From IMG/VR virus record IMGVR_UViG_3300027749_000042: 64,000 nucleotides of DNA. One strand, given 5' to 3'. Below are positions 1 to 8,078 of this stretch, piece by piece (positions within the stretch are counted from its first letter, which is position 1; every line of letters begins with the position of its first letter). The notes beneath the pieces were generated by a model that saw only the letters and a program-made list of their open reading frames with translations, had not been told where the DNA came from and ran no database searches. The position numbers and the translations under genes are program-made. This DNA comes from a virus.

Positions 1-36
1 GATATACCGTTTCTGGTTCTTTCTATCACTTCAATC

Positions 37-318
37 TTAATCCCTTCGTGCGTCATTCTTACCATCCGCTCTTGCGATACGATCCACATCTGGCTTCACA
101 CCAAGAGCATTCGAAACCAAAGTGTCAATACGAATAACATCGTGGTTCATTGTCTTTACTCGATTGTCCAGCGCGGTGATGATGCCAGATAGACCCTTGA
201 CACTGGACATAACACCTGCTAGAATGAATTTCATTGTGAGGAATACGAAGTAGCCACCCGCACACGCAGCCGCGATAGGAAAGCCAACTTCTGCAACTAA
301 TTTGAACCATTGATCCAT
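37..318 (-). CDS. Small membrane protein (YvrJ-like N-terminal TM segment)
   Basis: 93 aa; hydrophobic N-terminus LVAEVGFPIAAACAGGYFVF; AAGGAG RBS and TATAAATA upstream on the minus strand. Confidence 0.6.
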   Translation of the reverse strand: MDQWFKLVAEVGFPIAAACAGGYFVFLTMKFILAGVMSSVKGLSGIITALDNRVKTMNHDVIRIDTLVSNALGVKPDVDRIARADGKNDARRD

Positions 319-336
319 GATTTTCTCCTTTACGCT

Positions 337-348
337 TATTTATAAATA
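337..348. promoter_or_regulatory. Bidirectional T4-type late promoter (palindrome TATTTATAAATA)
   Basis: TATAAATA on + (341-348) and on - (337-344), between divergent ORFs. Confidence 0.7.
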
Positions 349-375
349 GAATATAACCAAGAGAGAACCTTCACT

Positions 376-609
376 ATGCCCATGTACAGTATTGAAAACA
401 CCCAGACCAACGAGATTACCAGCGAGTTCATGTCATACTCCGCACTGGAAAATCATCTCGCAGAAAATCCCCACCTTCGTCAAGCTCTATCTGCGCCACC
501 AATCGTGTCAGGCGTAATCTCATCCCGCAATAAACCCGACTCGGGCTTCAATGATATCCTCAAGACAATCAAAAAGAAGCACCCTAGAAGTACGGTAAAT
601 GTTTGGTAG
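376..609 (+). CDS. Conserved T4-like phage small protein (FmdB-like N-terminus, no Cys)
   Basis: MPMY..ENT.T.E and C-terminal KPDSGFNDILKTIKKKHP pattern; lies directly before phoH. Confidence 0.6.
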   Translation: MPMYSIENTQTNEITSEFMSYSALENHLAENPHLRQALSAPPIVSGVISSRNKPDSGFNDILKTIKKKHPRSTVNVW

Positions 610-649
610 CACGTTCGTTATGTTCCTGTAACATCCAACGGAGAATTAT

Positions 650-1438
650 ATGTCCCTAGTCGCTGAGGTGGTTAACGAGAAGTTCCTAGAGCAAGAGGCA
701 GATAAGTACATTACAAGACGAGGTAGAAAAGAAAAAAAGCGAAAGACAAAAGCATACGGCCAACCGTCGTTTGTACCACCACCGCGATTGAAATCAATTA
801 TACCAAAGACAGAAGCACAGCGTAAAGTGTTCGAGGCATATGATGCAGGCAAGAATATGATCCTGCACGGTGTCGCTGGTTCTGGTAAGACATTCCTTTC
901 TCTATATCTCGCACTCTATTCGGTATTATCTGGTGAAGCTCCAAAGCCTATCGTTATCATTCGCAGCGTAGTACCATCGCGTGACATTGGATTTCTTCCA
1001 GGTAGCGCGAAAGAAAAGGCCGCAGTTTATGAAGCACCTTACTCAGCAATATGTGCTGAACTAGTTGACAAGCCAAATCCATATGAGTGGTTCAAAACAA
1101 ATCACTACATTGAATTTTGCACCACTTCATTTCTTCGCGGTATCACATACAAGAATAGCATCATCATCGTGGATGAATGCCAGAATATGAGTGATGCTGA
1201 ATTGAATACCATTATGACTCGTGTTGGTGAAGGTTGTCGTATCATTTTATGTGGCGACTTCAATCAAAAGGACTACATGCGCGAGGGATCTGGCATGCCA
1301 AATCTTTTGAAGATTGCAGACCACATGAAGTCCTTTGAAATTGTAAAGTTTGAGAAAGGTGATATCGTCCGCTCGGGCTTCGTGAAAGACTATATAATTA
1401 CACGAATCAATCTGGAAGAGCGAGGCATCATAAATTGA
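650..1438 (+). CDS. phoH: PhoH-family ATPase
   Basis: Walker A GVAGSGKT, IGFLPG, FLRGITY, IIVDECQN, TRVGEG, GDFNQKD, DIVRSG motifs. Confidence 0.95.
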   Translation: MSLVAEVVNEKFLEQEADKYITRRGRKEKKRKTKAYGQPSFVPPPRLKSIIPKTEAQRKVFEAYDAGKNMILHGVAGSGKTFLSLYLALYSVLSGEAPKPIVIIRSVVPSRDIGFLPGSAKEKAAVYEAPYSAICAELVDKPNPYEWFKTNHYIEFCTTSFLRGITYKNSIIIVDECQNMSDAELNTIMTRVGEGCRIILCGDFNQKDYMREGSGMPNLLKIADHMKSFEIVKFEKGDIVRSGFVKDYIITRINLEERGIIN

Positions 1439-2127
1439 AATTTGACTTTGATATGCACATAGATTTGCCAAAAGCAAAGCAAATCAACACAGACCTTGGG
1501 CGTCGGTATTCGACGCCTGAGGCTAACGTCTACCCATCCATCACAACTGTCCTTTCTTCTCAGCCAGAAAAGAAAAAGTCCATCGCAGAGTGGCGCTCTC
1601 GCGTGGGCGCGAACGAGGCTAACAAAATTAGCCAGGGAGCTGCTAAGCGTGGCACTCAACTCCACCACATTATGGAAAAATATATCCTTGGTGATGATTT
1701 GAATCTGGCTAAAGAGATGCCAGCGACTGTTGAAAGATTCCGCAAGGTGCAGAAATGCGTTGACACCAATCTCCAGTTGGTGTATGCTACAGAATCAGCA
1801 ATGTATTCCGACATTCTTCGCATTGCTGGCACAGCCGATCTTATCTGCGAATGGAATGGTAAGCCAACTGTGGTTGATTTCAAAACATCAATACGCCAAA
1901 AAAAGCGTGACCAAATCCACGATTATTTTCTACAGGCCACAGCCTACTCCATCATGTTCGAGGAGCACACTGGCATCCGTACGCTGGACTTTGCCATTCT
2001 GATTGTATCAGACGAAGGCGATTTTGATGTGTTTGAAGGCAAGCGAAATGATTATGTGGCTGATTTGGTTCGTGTGCGCGATGGCTACGAGCGTAGGCTC
2101 AAAGCCAGTTTGTCGGAGTTCGCATGA
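1435..2127 (+). CDS. PD-(D/E)xK exonuclease (Cas4/RecB-like fold)
   Basis: YPSITTVL, RGT.LH, GTADL, VVDFKTS, YFLQATAY; start may be ATG at 1453. Confidence 0.85.
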   Translation: MKFDFDMHIDLPKAKQINTDLGRRYSTPEANVYPSITTVLSSQPEKKKSIAEWRSRVGANEANKISQGAAKRGTQLHHIMEKYILGDDLNLAKEMPATVERFRKVQKCVDTNLQLVYATESAMYSDILRIAGTADLICEWNGKPTVVDFKTSIRQKKRDQIHDYFLQATAYSIMFEEHTGIRTLDFAILIVSDEGDFDVFEGKRNDYVADLVRVRDGYERRLKASLSEFA

Positions 2128-2258
2128 GTGAGCATTTTACCTCGTTCATGTTTATGTACTGGGATTGCCCACGCTATATCTGTATCAACAATTGGTCAGA
2201 GTCATCAGCCAGAAATTATCTACTTGACAAACACCCTCTTTCCATGTATTATAAATAA
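2124..2258 (+). CDS. Possible 44-aa hypothetical protein (not in ORF track)
   Basis: ATGA overlap with exonuclease stop, GGAG upstream; MSEHFTSFMFMYWDCPRY...; overlaps the tmRNA promoter. Confidence 0.35.
   Translation: MSEHFTSFMFMYWDCPRYICINNWSESSARNYLLDKHPLSMYYK
2224..2257 (+). promoter_or_regulatory. Composite sigma70-like plus T4 late promoter for tmRNA
   Basis: TTGACA(2224-2229)-N17-TATTAT(2247-2252) overlapping TATAAATA(2250-2257). Confidence 0.7.
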
Positions 2259-2261
2259 TAC

Positions 2262-2584
2262 GCTAAGGTTGTTGAGACGTTCGGAATAAACCATTTGGAC
2301 TCGGGGGCAGTACCCGACGCCTCCACCATGGATACACTAATAAAGACGATCCTTTATAAGAGTTCTACCGCCAAACAAGTTCTAAAGCATGAAGAGATAA
2401 ATGCTCCAGCTTGTTGTGTAGATTAGTGTATCTTTGATGGGGGCGATATAGGTTCGACAGATAGTAGTAAAGGCACGAGTAGACCAAGGCGCGTTTTAGA
2501 TGCTAACGATAATACACCTATCTCTTACGCTCTAGCAGCGTAAGTATGCGTTCGGGGGGAACGTGGAAACAGAATCCCCCCACT
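2262..2584 (+). ncRNA. ssrA: Circularly permuted (two-piece) tmRNA, alphaproteobacterial type; outer ends approximate
   Basis: Acceptor piece first: T-arm TCGGG-GGCAGTA-CCCGA then CGCCTCC-A-CCA ending at 2328. Coding piece starts GGGGGCG at 2439, forming a 7-bp acceptor stem with G3:U70. Tag frame 2502-2543 reads ANDNTPISYALAA*. Confidence 0.93.
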
Positions 2585-2608
2585 AACACTATTAGAGAGG
2601 TGAAAATT

Positions 2609-2833
2609 ATGAACGACGATAAGATGCTCCGCTTCAATATTCTTCAGATGGCTCAGTCCATGTGTGACCAAGAGTTTCTCTTCGCGAGCGAGCGCACAGG
2701 CGAGACACAGACTAAATTTCCCACAGCACAAGACGTTATCAAGAAGGCCGAAACGCTTATGACGTTTATCAATGCACCTGCACCGATCGGTGAGCAGGTT
2801 CGTGGTTCGGCTGAGCTTCTAAACGAGGCTTGA
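2609..2833 (+). CDS. Hypothetical phage protein
   Basis: GAGGTG RBS before ATG 2609; the longer track ORF start at 2546 lies inside the tmRNA. Confidence 0.7.
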   Translation: MNDDKMLRFNILQMAQSMCDQEFLFASERTGETQTKFPTAQDVIKKAETLMTFINAPAPIGEQVRGSAELLNEA

Positions 2834-2840
2834 TTTTTAT

Positions 2841-2916
2841 TCGGGGTTAGTTCAATTGGTAGAACTACGGACTTTGAATCCGTGTGTTGGTGGTTCGAGC
2901 CCATCACCCCGAGCCA
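2841..2916 (+). tRNA. tRNA-Gln (anticodon UUG)
   Basis: Acceptor TCGGGGT/ACCCCGA with G-CCA, anticodon arm ACGGA-CTTTGAA-TCCGT, GGTTCGAGC T-loop; 76 nt; U1-A72. Confidence 0.95.
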
Positions 2917-2931
2917 ATTTTGGAGAATGAT

Positions 2932-3138
2932 ATGGAAGTGGAACGCAGCTATAAGCTTATGATTGGCCCAGCAGAATTGGCCACTCTGACAGAATGGATC
3001 AAAGATATGGATCCTCAGCCACACAAGATTACTCTTATCGGTGGTAGCACCGGTATTGGTTTCTGTCTTCGCGCAGAAATTGAAACATCCGAAGGCGAAG
3101 GTCTTTGGAAAGATATCACAGACTATGAGAACTGGTGA
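2932..3138 (+). CDS. Hypothetical protein
   Basis: GGAG RBS before ATG 2932; track start 2884 lies inside the tRNA. Confidence 0.65.
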   Translation: MEVERSYKLMIGPAELATLTEWIKDMDPQPHKITLIGGSTGIGFCLRAEIETSEGEGLWKDITDYENW

Positions 3139-3141
3139 AAC

Positions 3142-3852
3142 ATGAAAGTCAAGATTGGACCATATCTAACCTGGTACGGACCGTATCAAATTACAGATTA
3201 CATTTTCTTCTGGACTAAGCGGCATCAGAGTGACGATGAAGATATGCGTTGGGATTATCGTCTCAAGGATAAGTTTGGTGATTGGCTTGCTGATACTTGG
3301 TTCGGTACTTTTTGTAATTGGATTCACGAAAAGCGCAAGCGTACAATCAGCGTAAAGATTGCGCCATATGATACTTGGTCAATGGATCACACTCTCTCAC
3401 TTATCATTCATCCTATGCTTGTACAGTTGAGAGATACCAAACACGGTGCTCCTTTCACCGATGACGAGGATGTGCCTGAACATCTGCGTTCAACTAATGC
3501 TCCTCCCAAGAAAGATGAATGGGATACCGACGATCTTTTCTTTGATCGGTGGAACTGGATCCTTGATGAAATGATCTGGGCTTTCTATCAGGAAGCAAAC
3601 GATGATCCCGATGCACCGCCGTTTCCTGAACTTGGTAGAAGCATTGTCAAGAAGATGGATCAGGAAGTCTTTACCGACATGCTTGTTCCACCAGAAGACG
3701 AGCAAGGTAACTGCTTTACCGACATGCTTGTTCCACCAGAAGACGAGCAAGGTAACTGGGAAAAGTATCGTGCCGAAAATGATATCTTCGAAGAGCGTAA
3801 GCGAAACGCATTCAAGCTTTTCGGAAAATACTATCGCTCACTATGGGATTAA
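3142..3852 (+). CDS. Trp-rich hypothetical phage protein
   Basis: 236-aa ORF; DTWSMDHTL, RWNWILDEMIWAF, LFGKYYRSLWD; contains a 15-aa duplication. Confidence 0.7.
   Translation: MKVKIGPYLTWYGPYQITDYIFFWTKRHQSDDEDMRWDYRLKDKFGDWLADTWFGTFCNWIHEKRKRTISVKIAPYDTWSMDHTLSLIIHPMLVQLRDTKHGAPFTDDEDVPEHLRSTNAPPKKDEWDTDDLFFDRWNWILDEMIWAFYQEANDDPDAPPFPELGRSIVKKMDQEVFTDMLVPPEDEQGNCFTDMLVPPEDEQGNWEKYRAENDIFEERKRNAFKLFGKYYRSLWD
3669..3758 (+). repeat. Perfect tandem 45-bp duplication
   Basis: CTTTACCGACATGCTTGTTCCACCAGAAGACGAGCAAGGTAACTG at 3669-3713 and 3714-3758. Confidence 0.95.
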
Positions 3853-3855
3853 GCC

Positions 3856-4023
3856 ATGTCAGATAGCAACTATTCAGTAGACACTTTGAAGAAAGCAGCC
3901 TTCGTAGACGAATTGAATAATGTGCTAATCTCAATGAGCGATAATGATCCACAGAAGCGATGGATCATTTCATATCTCAATGAACGAATAAAAGAGATCG
4001 ACGCTAGATATAAGGATCGGTAA
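3856..4023 (+). CDS. 55-aa hypothetical protein (below ORF track cutoff)
   Basis: MSDSNYSVDTLKKAAFVDEL...KDR*; fills the gap exactly, TAATG overlap with kdsA. Confidence 0.6.
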   Translation: MSDSNYSVDTLKKAAFVDELNNVLISMSDNDPQKRWIISYLNERIKEIDARYKDR

Positions 4024-4883
4024 TGTCATTCTATGATGATTGCGGCAATTCAAAACCACTTAGTATTATTGCTGGTCCTTGTGCATTCGAGTCTCAGAAA
4101 CATGCTATCTTTATGGCAGAGTCGCTGCAATCAATCGTAGATAGTGTTGGTAAACGATTCGGGCAAGAAATCAACTTCATTTATAAGACGTCCTTCGATA
4201 AGGCTAATCGAACATCCGCTACTGCTTATAGAGGTGCAGGCTTCGACGAGGCTTTTTATGGAATAGACGCCGTCCGTGGTAGGGGCATTGAAGTCCTCAC
4301 GGACGTACATGAAAACTGGCATTGCGATGCAGTGAATGCTGATGTTATTCAGATCCCCGCATTTCTTTGTCGGCAAACTGACCTTCTTGAATCGGCTGCA
4401 CAAACGCATAAGCCAGTCAATGTGAAGAAGGGCCAGTTTATGGCACCCGAAGAAATGGGTAGCGTAGTCAAGAAGCTTGAGTATTTCGGCTGCAAGAAAA
4501 TCATATTGACTGAGCGTGGTACCACGTTTGGCTATAAGAACCTTGTTGTCGATATGCGCTCGCTTGAGATTATGAAGTATTGGGGTTACCCAGTCTTCAT
4601 GGATTGCACTCATGCTGTACAGCTACCAGGTGGTAATGGATCAAGTTCTGGTGGGCAGAGTGAGTTTGTACCGCTTATCGCTCGCGCAGCCACGGCTGTA
4701 GGTATTGCTGGTTTGTTTATGGAAGTCCACGAGAATCCAAATAATGCACCATGCGATGGACCGAACATGATTGCACTTGACAAGTTCGACGCATTGTTGT
4801 ATAGTTTACTTGAGATTGATGATGTAGTGAAAAGAAGTGAAAGGTTAGACAATGGCAATTTGGAAGCTGGAAACTCGGTATAA
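4023..4883 (+). CDS. kdsA: 3-deoxy-D-manno-octulosonate 8-phosphate (KDO8P) synthase
   Basis: IAGPC, SFDKANRTS, QIPAFLCRQTDLL, NVKKGQF, ERGTTFGY, DCTHAVQLPGG, FMEVH, CDGP. Confidence 0.95.
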   Translation: MSFYDDCGNSKPLSIIAGPCAFESQKHAIFMAESLQSIVDSVGKRFGQEINFIYKTSFDKANRTSATAYRGAGFDEAFYGIDAVRGRGIEVLTDVHENWHCDAVNADVIQIPAFLCRQTDLLESAAQTHKPVNVKKGQFMAPEEMGSVVKKLEYFGCKKIILTERGTTFGYKNLVVDMRSLEIMKYWGYPVFMDCTHAVQLPGGNGSSSGGQSEFVPLIARAATAVGIAGLFMEVHENPNNAPCDGPNMIALDKFDALLYSLLEIDDVVKRSERLDNGNLEAGNSV

Positions 4884-5289
4884 GAAGAACATTCAGGAAA
4901 CTGAATACTTCAATAAGGATGGGCAAGTTATTGAATACGAGACTTGGTGGCGTTGGGGTTATGCCAAGTTCGATGTTCCTGATGATGTAGATTTCAAGGA
5001 TTATCTCAAAGCCGTTGAGGATATTGACCTTGATGATGATAATGGCATTGATATCTATTCGCTTGACTATGATTTGATGGATCATAGCTTTGATGATGGC
5101 GTCGCGTGTTCGTGGACTTTTCCTGATGACATGGACGAGGAAGAGCAAGAGCGTATCCAAGAGTTGTTTGATGAAGAGTGGCACGAAGGTATGGAAAACG
5201 ATGGTTGGGAAGCTACCGATAGAGAAGTCGTATTTCATGGTCCATTTGATTTGACAAAGGAAGAAGAGGACGGCGCTACTCATGGCTAA
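4852..5289 (+). CDS. Highly acidic hypothetical protein
   Basis: 145-aa D/E-rich ORF coupled to both neighbours. Confidence 0.65.
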   Translation: MAIWKLETRYKKNIQETEYFNKDGQVIEYETWWRWGYAKFDVPDDVDFKDYLKAVEDIDLDDDNGIDIYSLDYDLMDHSFDDGVACSWTFPDDMDEEEQERIQELFDEEWHEGMENDGWEATDREVVFHGPFDLTKEEEDGATHG

Positions 5290-6055
5290 CGTGACAGGTA
5301 AGATTTGGGGTGACACCAGTGTTATTATTCAGAACGCATTGGTCGAGCTACATAAGATCAACGTAAAGGCAGGTTTTCGCTGCTCGGAGCACCTACATGA
5401 ACATAAATGGAATGGATTCTACGTTGAATCAGGAGTACTGGAAATCCATGTACGAAAGAATAACTACGAGCTTACCGATGTTACTGTTCTCCGAGCAGGT
5501 GACTTTACTAGCGTTCGGCCTGGTGAATATCACTTCTTTGTTTGCACTGAAGCTTGCAGCGCACTAGAACTTTATTGGCCCGAACTCCTTAGCGAAGATA
5601 TCAAGCGCAAGAACACTGGCGGTCCGATGGCTTCTAATATGCCACCGATCAAAAAGAATCCTGTCGCAGTACCAGTGCCGATTGATTTTGAGTATGATAC
5701 TGGTCGTGTGATTCCTAAGTATGATAAAGCAGGCTATGCGACATTACCGCAGGGGCAAACAATTCATCCTGTAGGTATTGGACCAGTGATGTCGTCTATT
5801 ATTTCTCCATCAGCGCAATTTGATTCGATGATGTTTGGTTCTGTGACGACAACCGTTGCTTCTAACTCTGGTCTAGCAGAATCATTGCGTAAACTAAATG
5901 CTAATGATTTACCTATTGTGCCTAAAGACCTTGGAACTTGTGTTTCAATTTGCAAACTTGGAGATGATGGAAGATGCACGGGATGTGGTCGTTCTTTGGA
6001 GGAGATAGAGATGGCGGGAGTAGCAGCAGGGAAAGTCAAGAAAAAGAAGGAATGA
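5282..6055 (+). CDS. Cupin-domain protein with C-terminal DUF1289-like Cys motif
   Basis: KIWG...CSEHLHEHKWNGFYVESG...PGEYHFF cupin; C-terminal CVSICKL...CTGCGRSLEEI. Confidence 0.7.
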   Translation: MANVTGKIWGDTSVIIQNALVELHKINVKAGFRCSEHLHEHKWNGFYVESGVLEIHVRKNNYELTDVTVLRAGDFTSVRPGEYHFFVCTEACSALELYWPELLSEDIKRKNTGGPMASNMPPIKKNPVAVPVPIDFEYDTGRVIPKYDKAGYATLPQGQTIHPVGIGPVMSSIISPSAQFDSMMFGSVTTTVASNSGLAESLRKLNANDLPIVPKDLGTCVSICKLGDDGRCTGCGRSLEEIEMAGVAAGKVKKKKE

Positions 6056-6300
6056 TTGCAAGCATGAACGATACACCAGCGAGTATTATGACAAGCGAAA
6101 CATTTGCTCGCATGGTAGAAGATCGTGTCTTCAATAAAAGTATGACATATATTGACGCTTGCTTGGATGTGTGTACCGCGTCCGGGCTTGAACCCGAGAG
6201 TGTGCCTCGTCTCATCGGACCAAAAATCAAAAAGCTTATTCAATCAGAGGCGCTAGGTTCTAATCTAATCAAACGCACTGGAGCAAAGCTTCCGATATGA
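6052..6300 (+). CDS. gp33: Late transcription coactivator gp33
   Basis: F...VE.....MTYIDAC...LEPE....LI...IK..I..EA...NLI pattern; position upstream of 59 and 32; AAGGA RBS. Confidence 0.8.
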   Translation: MIASMNDTPASIMTSETFARMVEDRVFNKSMTYIDACLDVCTASGLEPESVPRLIGPKIKKLIQSEALGSNLIKRTGAKLPI

Positions 6301-7397
6301 TACCTGCATATAATAGTGGTGGTCCCACTTCAATGTCGAACCTTCATAGATGGTTTCAGGATCTAAAACTTCCACACATCCATTTGTATCAAGATTTTGC
6401 TCTCGATGGATTTACAATCAATTCATCAGTAACTAACAGATCGAAAAAAATCACTCGCTACGAACTTGAGGATGCGAGAGATCCATACTTTGTTATCTTA
6501 GAGGCTATTAGTGACGTTATGGCAGTACCGTTAGACAAACTCCGTGAAATACTAAATCCAAAGGTCAATCAAATGCCGAATAGCCAAACTGCTTGGTCAG
6601 ATGGTATCTACGATTATGCTGCTGATAGTACCATAATCGGTAGCACTCAATGGGTATCCGATAGCACCGTGGTAATAACAACAGGCGCTGGTGGTTCTGG
6701 TGGCATTGGTCATCCTGGTGCTGTAGGATCTAGTTTGCCTACGTTGGGTCAATGGATGGCAAATCCAAACGGCTCTATCACAAGGCAAGGGTTCGTTGAT
6801 GATGTGCTTGGTATTGACTATAAGCACGAACAGATGGCGCGCAATGCATTGTTTACAGATGCAGAGCAGGCCGAGATTCGCAATATGAAGTATGTTCTAA
6901 AGAATAACTATCTCAAGTTTGTGCCAGAAAAACTCATGTACAATGAAAAGGTAGTTGTCGCTGGCGGTTGTTTTGCGTCGTTTCTTAGCAAGGAACTGCC
7001 ACATGATATTGATGTTTTCATCCTTGATGATGCCAAGACAAAACAGTACGTCAAAGAATATGTTGATGCAAGGATCTTAGATAAACCTGGCATGTTCAAG
7101 ATCGGTAGCACCGACTATATGAACAATGACAAGATTGAATTTACTGCGTTTGATATGAATCATAAGAACCAGTTCGTTACTACATCATACACCACACGCG
7201 CGGAACTCATTGCTCATTTTGATATGGTGCATTGCTGCATATCATATACACCGTACAATGATAAACTCTATATCACACGCGACGTATTTGATACGATTAA
7301 GAACACACAGATTCGATCTAATCAGTGCGGTATTATGGAACTAGTAGCACCGTGGCGCATTGAGAAGATGAAATCTCGAGGCTGGAGAATCAACTAA
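6297..7397 (+). CDS. Nucleotidyltransferase-like protein (poly(A) polymerase/CCA-adding head-domain motif) with unknown N-terminal part
   Basis: VVVAGGCFAS...PHDIDVF (GG...DxD) and FDMVHC motifs in the C-terminal half. Confidence 0.6.
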   Translation: MIPAYNSGGPTSMSNLHRWFQDLKLPHIHLYQDFALDGFTINSSVTNRSKKITRYELEDARDPYFVILEAISDVMAVPLDKLREILNPKVNQMPNSQTAWSDGIYDYAADSTIIGSTQWVSDSTVVITTGAGGSGGIGHPGAVGSSLPTLGQWMANPNGSITRQGFVDDVLGIDYKHEQMARNALFTDAEQAEIRNMKYVLKNNYLKFVPEKLMYNEKVVVAGGCFASFLSKELPHDIDVFILDDAKTKQYVKEYVDARILDKPGMFKIGSTDYMNNDKIEFTAFDMNHKNQFVTTSYTTRAELIAHFDMVHCCISYTPYNDKLYITRDVFDTIKNTQIRSNQCGIMELVAPWRIEKMKSRGWRIN

Positions 7398-7990
7398 TGG
7401 AAGGCATGACAGCATACCAACGCTATCAGGCTCTCAAGCTTCACTTCACATCCGACTATGACTTCATCAAATACTCTGGCAAAATCAAAAAGATATCCGA
7501 AGCGTCCTTTCTAAAGCGCAAGGACCAATATCTCTTTCGCAAGATTGAACGCAAATATAGCGATGACGAACTAACCAATTTCTTTGTCGCTAACTTTGTC
7601 TCGTCTGCCGGTGTACGATGGGTCGGTGATATGTCAGGACCCGAGTCAGAGAAAGTTTATGTTGCTTGGTTGAAGCGCATGGAAACTTTCTCGTACCAGC
7701 TCAAAGAAGAACTAAATAAAATCGTTGATGATGTGGATGATCCGAAGTCTTTATTGAAGACGACTGGTGAGCATCCACAACTAATCAAACTCTATATGGG
7801 CAATAAGGTCTCTGCGGAAACCGTAATTGCTTTTGATATTGCCTTCAATGTGCTTGATGCATGGAACAAGGTAATTGGCGATACCATCATATGGCCTGAG
7901 GTGTATCGCCAACTAAAAAAGTACAGGCCATTCGTGAGAGTTGATCCTGATAACATCAAAAAGATTATGCGTCAGGTGTTTTTGTCTTGA
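7397..7990 (+). CDS. gp59: Helicase loader gp59
   Basis: AY..Y.ALKLHFTSDYDF.KY.GK, F.KRKD, FFVANF; directly upstream of gp32. Confidence 0.9.
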   Translation: MEGMTAYQRYQALKLHFTSDYDFIKYSGKIKKISEASFLKRKDQYLFRKIERKYSDDELTNFFVANFVSSAGVRWVGDMSGPESEKVYVAWLKRMETFSYQLKEELNKIVDDVDDPKSLLKTTGEHPQLIKLYMGNKVSAETVIAFDIAFNVLDAWNKVIGDTIIWPEVYRQLKKYRPFVRVDPDNIKKIMRQVFLS

Positions 7991-8017
7991 CATTTGCACC
8001 AGAATAGTGTATAAATA
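7987..8017 (+). promoter_or_regulatory. Composite sigma70/late promoter of gene 32
   Basis: TTGACA(7987-7992)-N17-TATAAATA(8010-8017). Confidence 0.75.
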
Positions 8018-8078
8018 ACATGTTATTATGATTGAGTGAATAAAAAATCCATACAACACATACAACGGAGATACACAT

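Noticed and set aside
1435-2127. Cas4/CRISPR system
   Set aside because: No repeat-spacer array or other cas genes; lacks the Cas4 Cys cluster; it is the usual exonuclease next to phoH
2525-3024. Track ORFs 2525..2731(-), 2653..3024(-) and upstream starts at 2546 and 2884
   Set aside because: They overlap the tmRNA or tRNA; downstream ATGs with clear RBS (2609, 2932) are better starts
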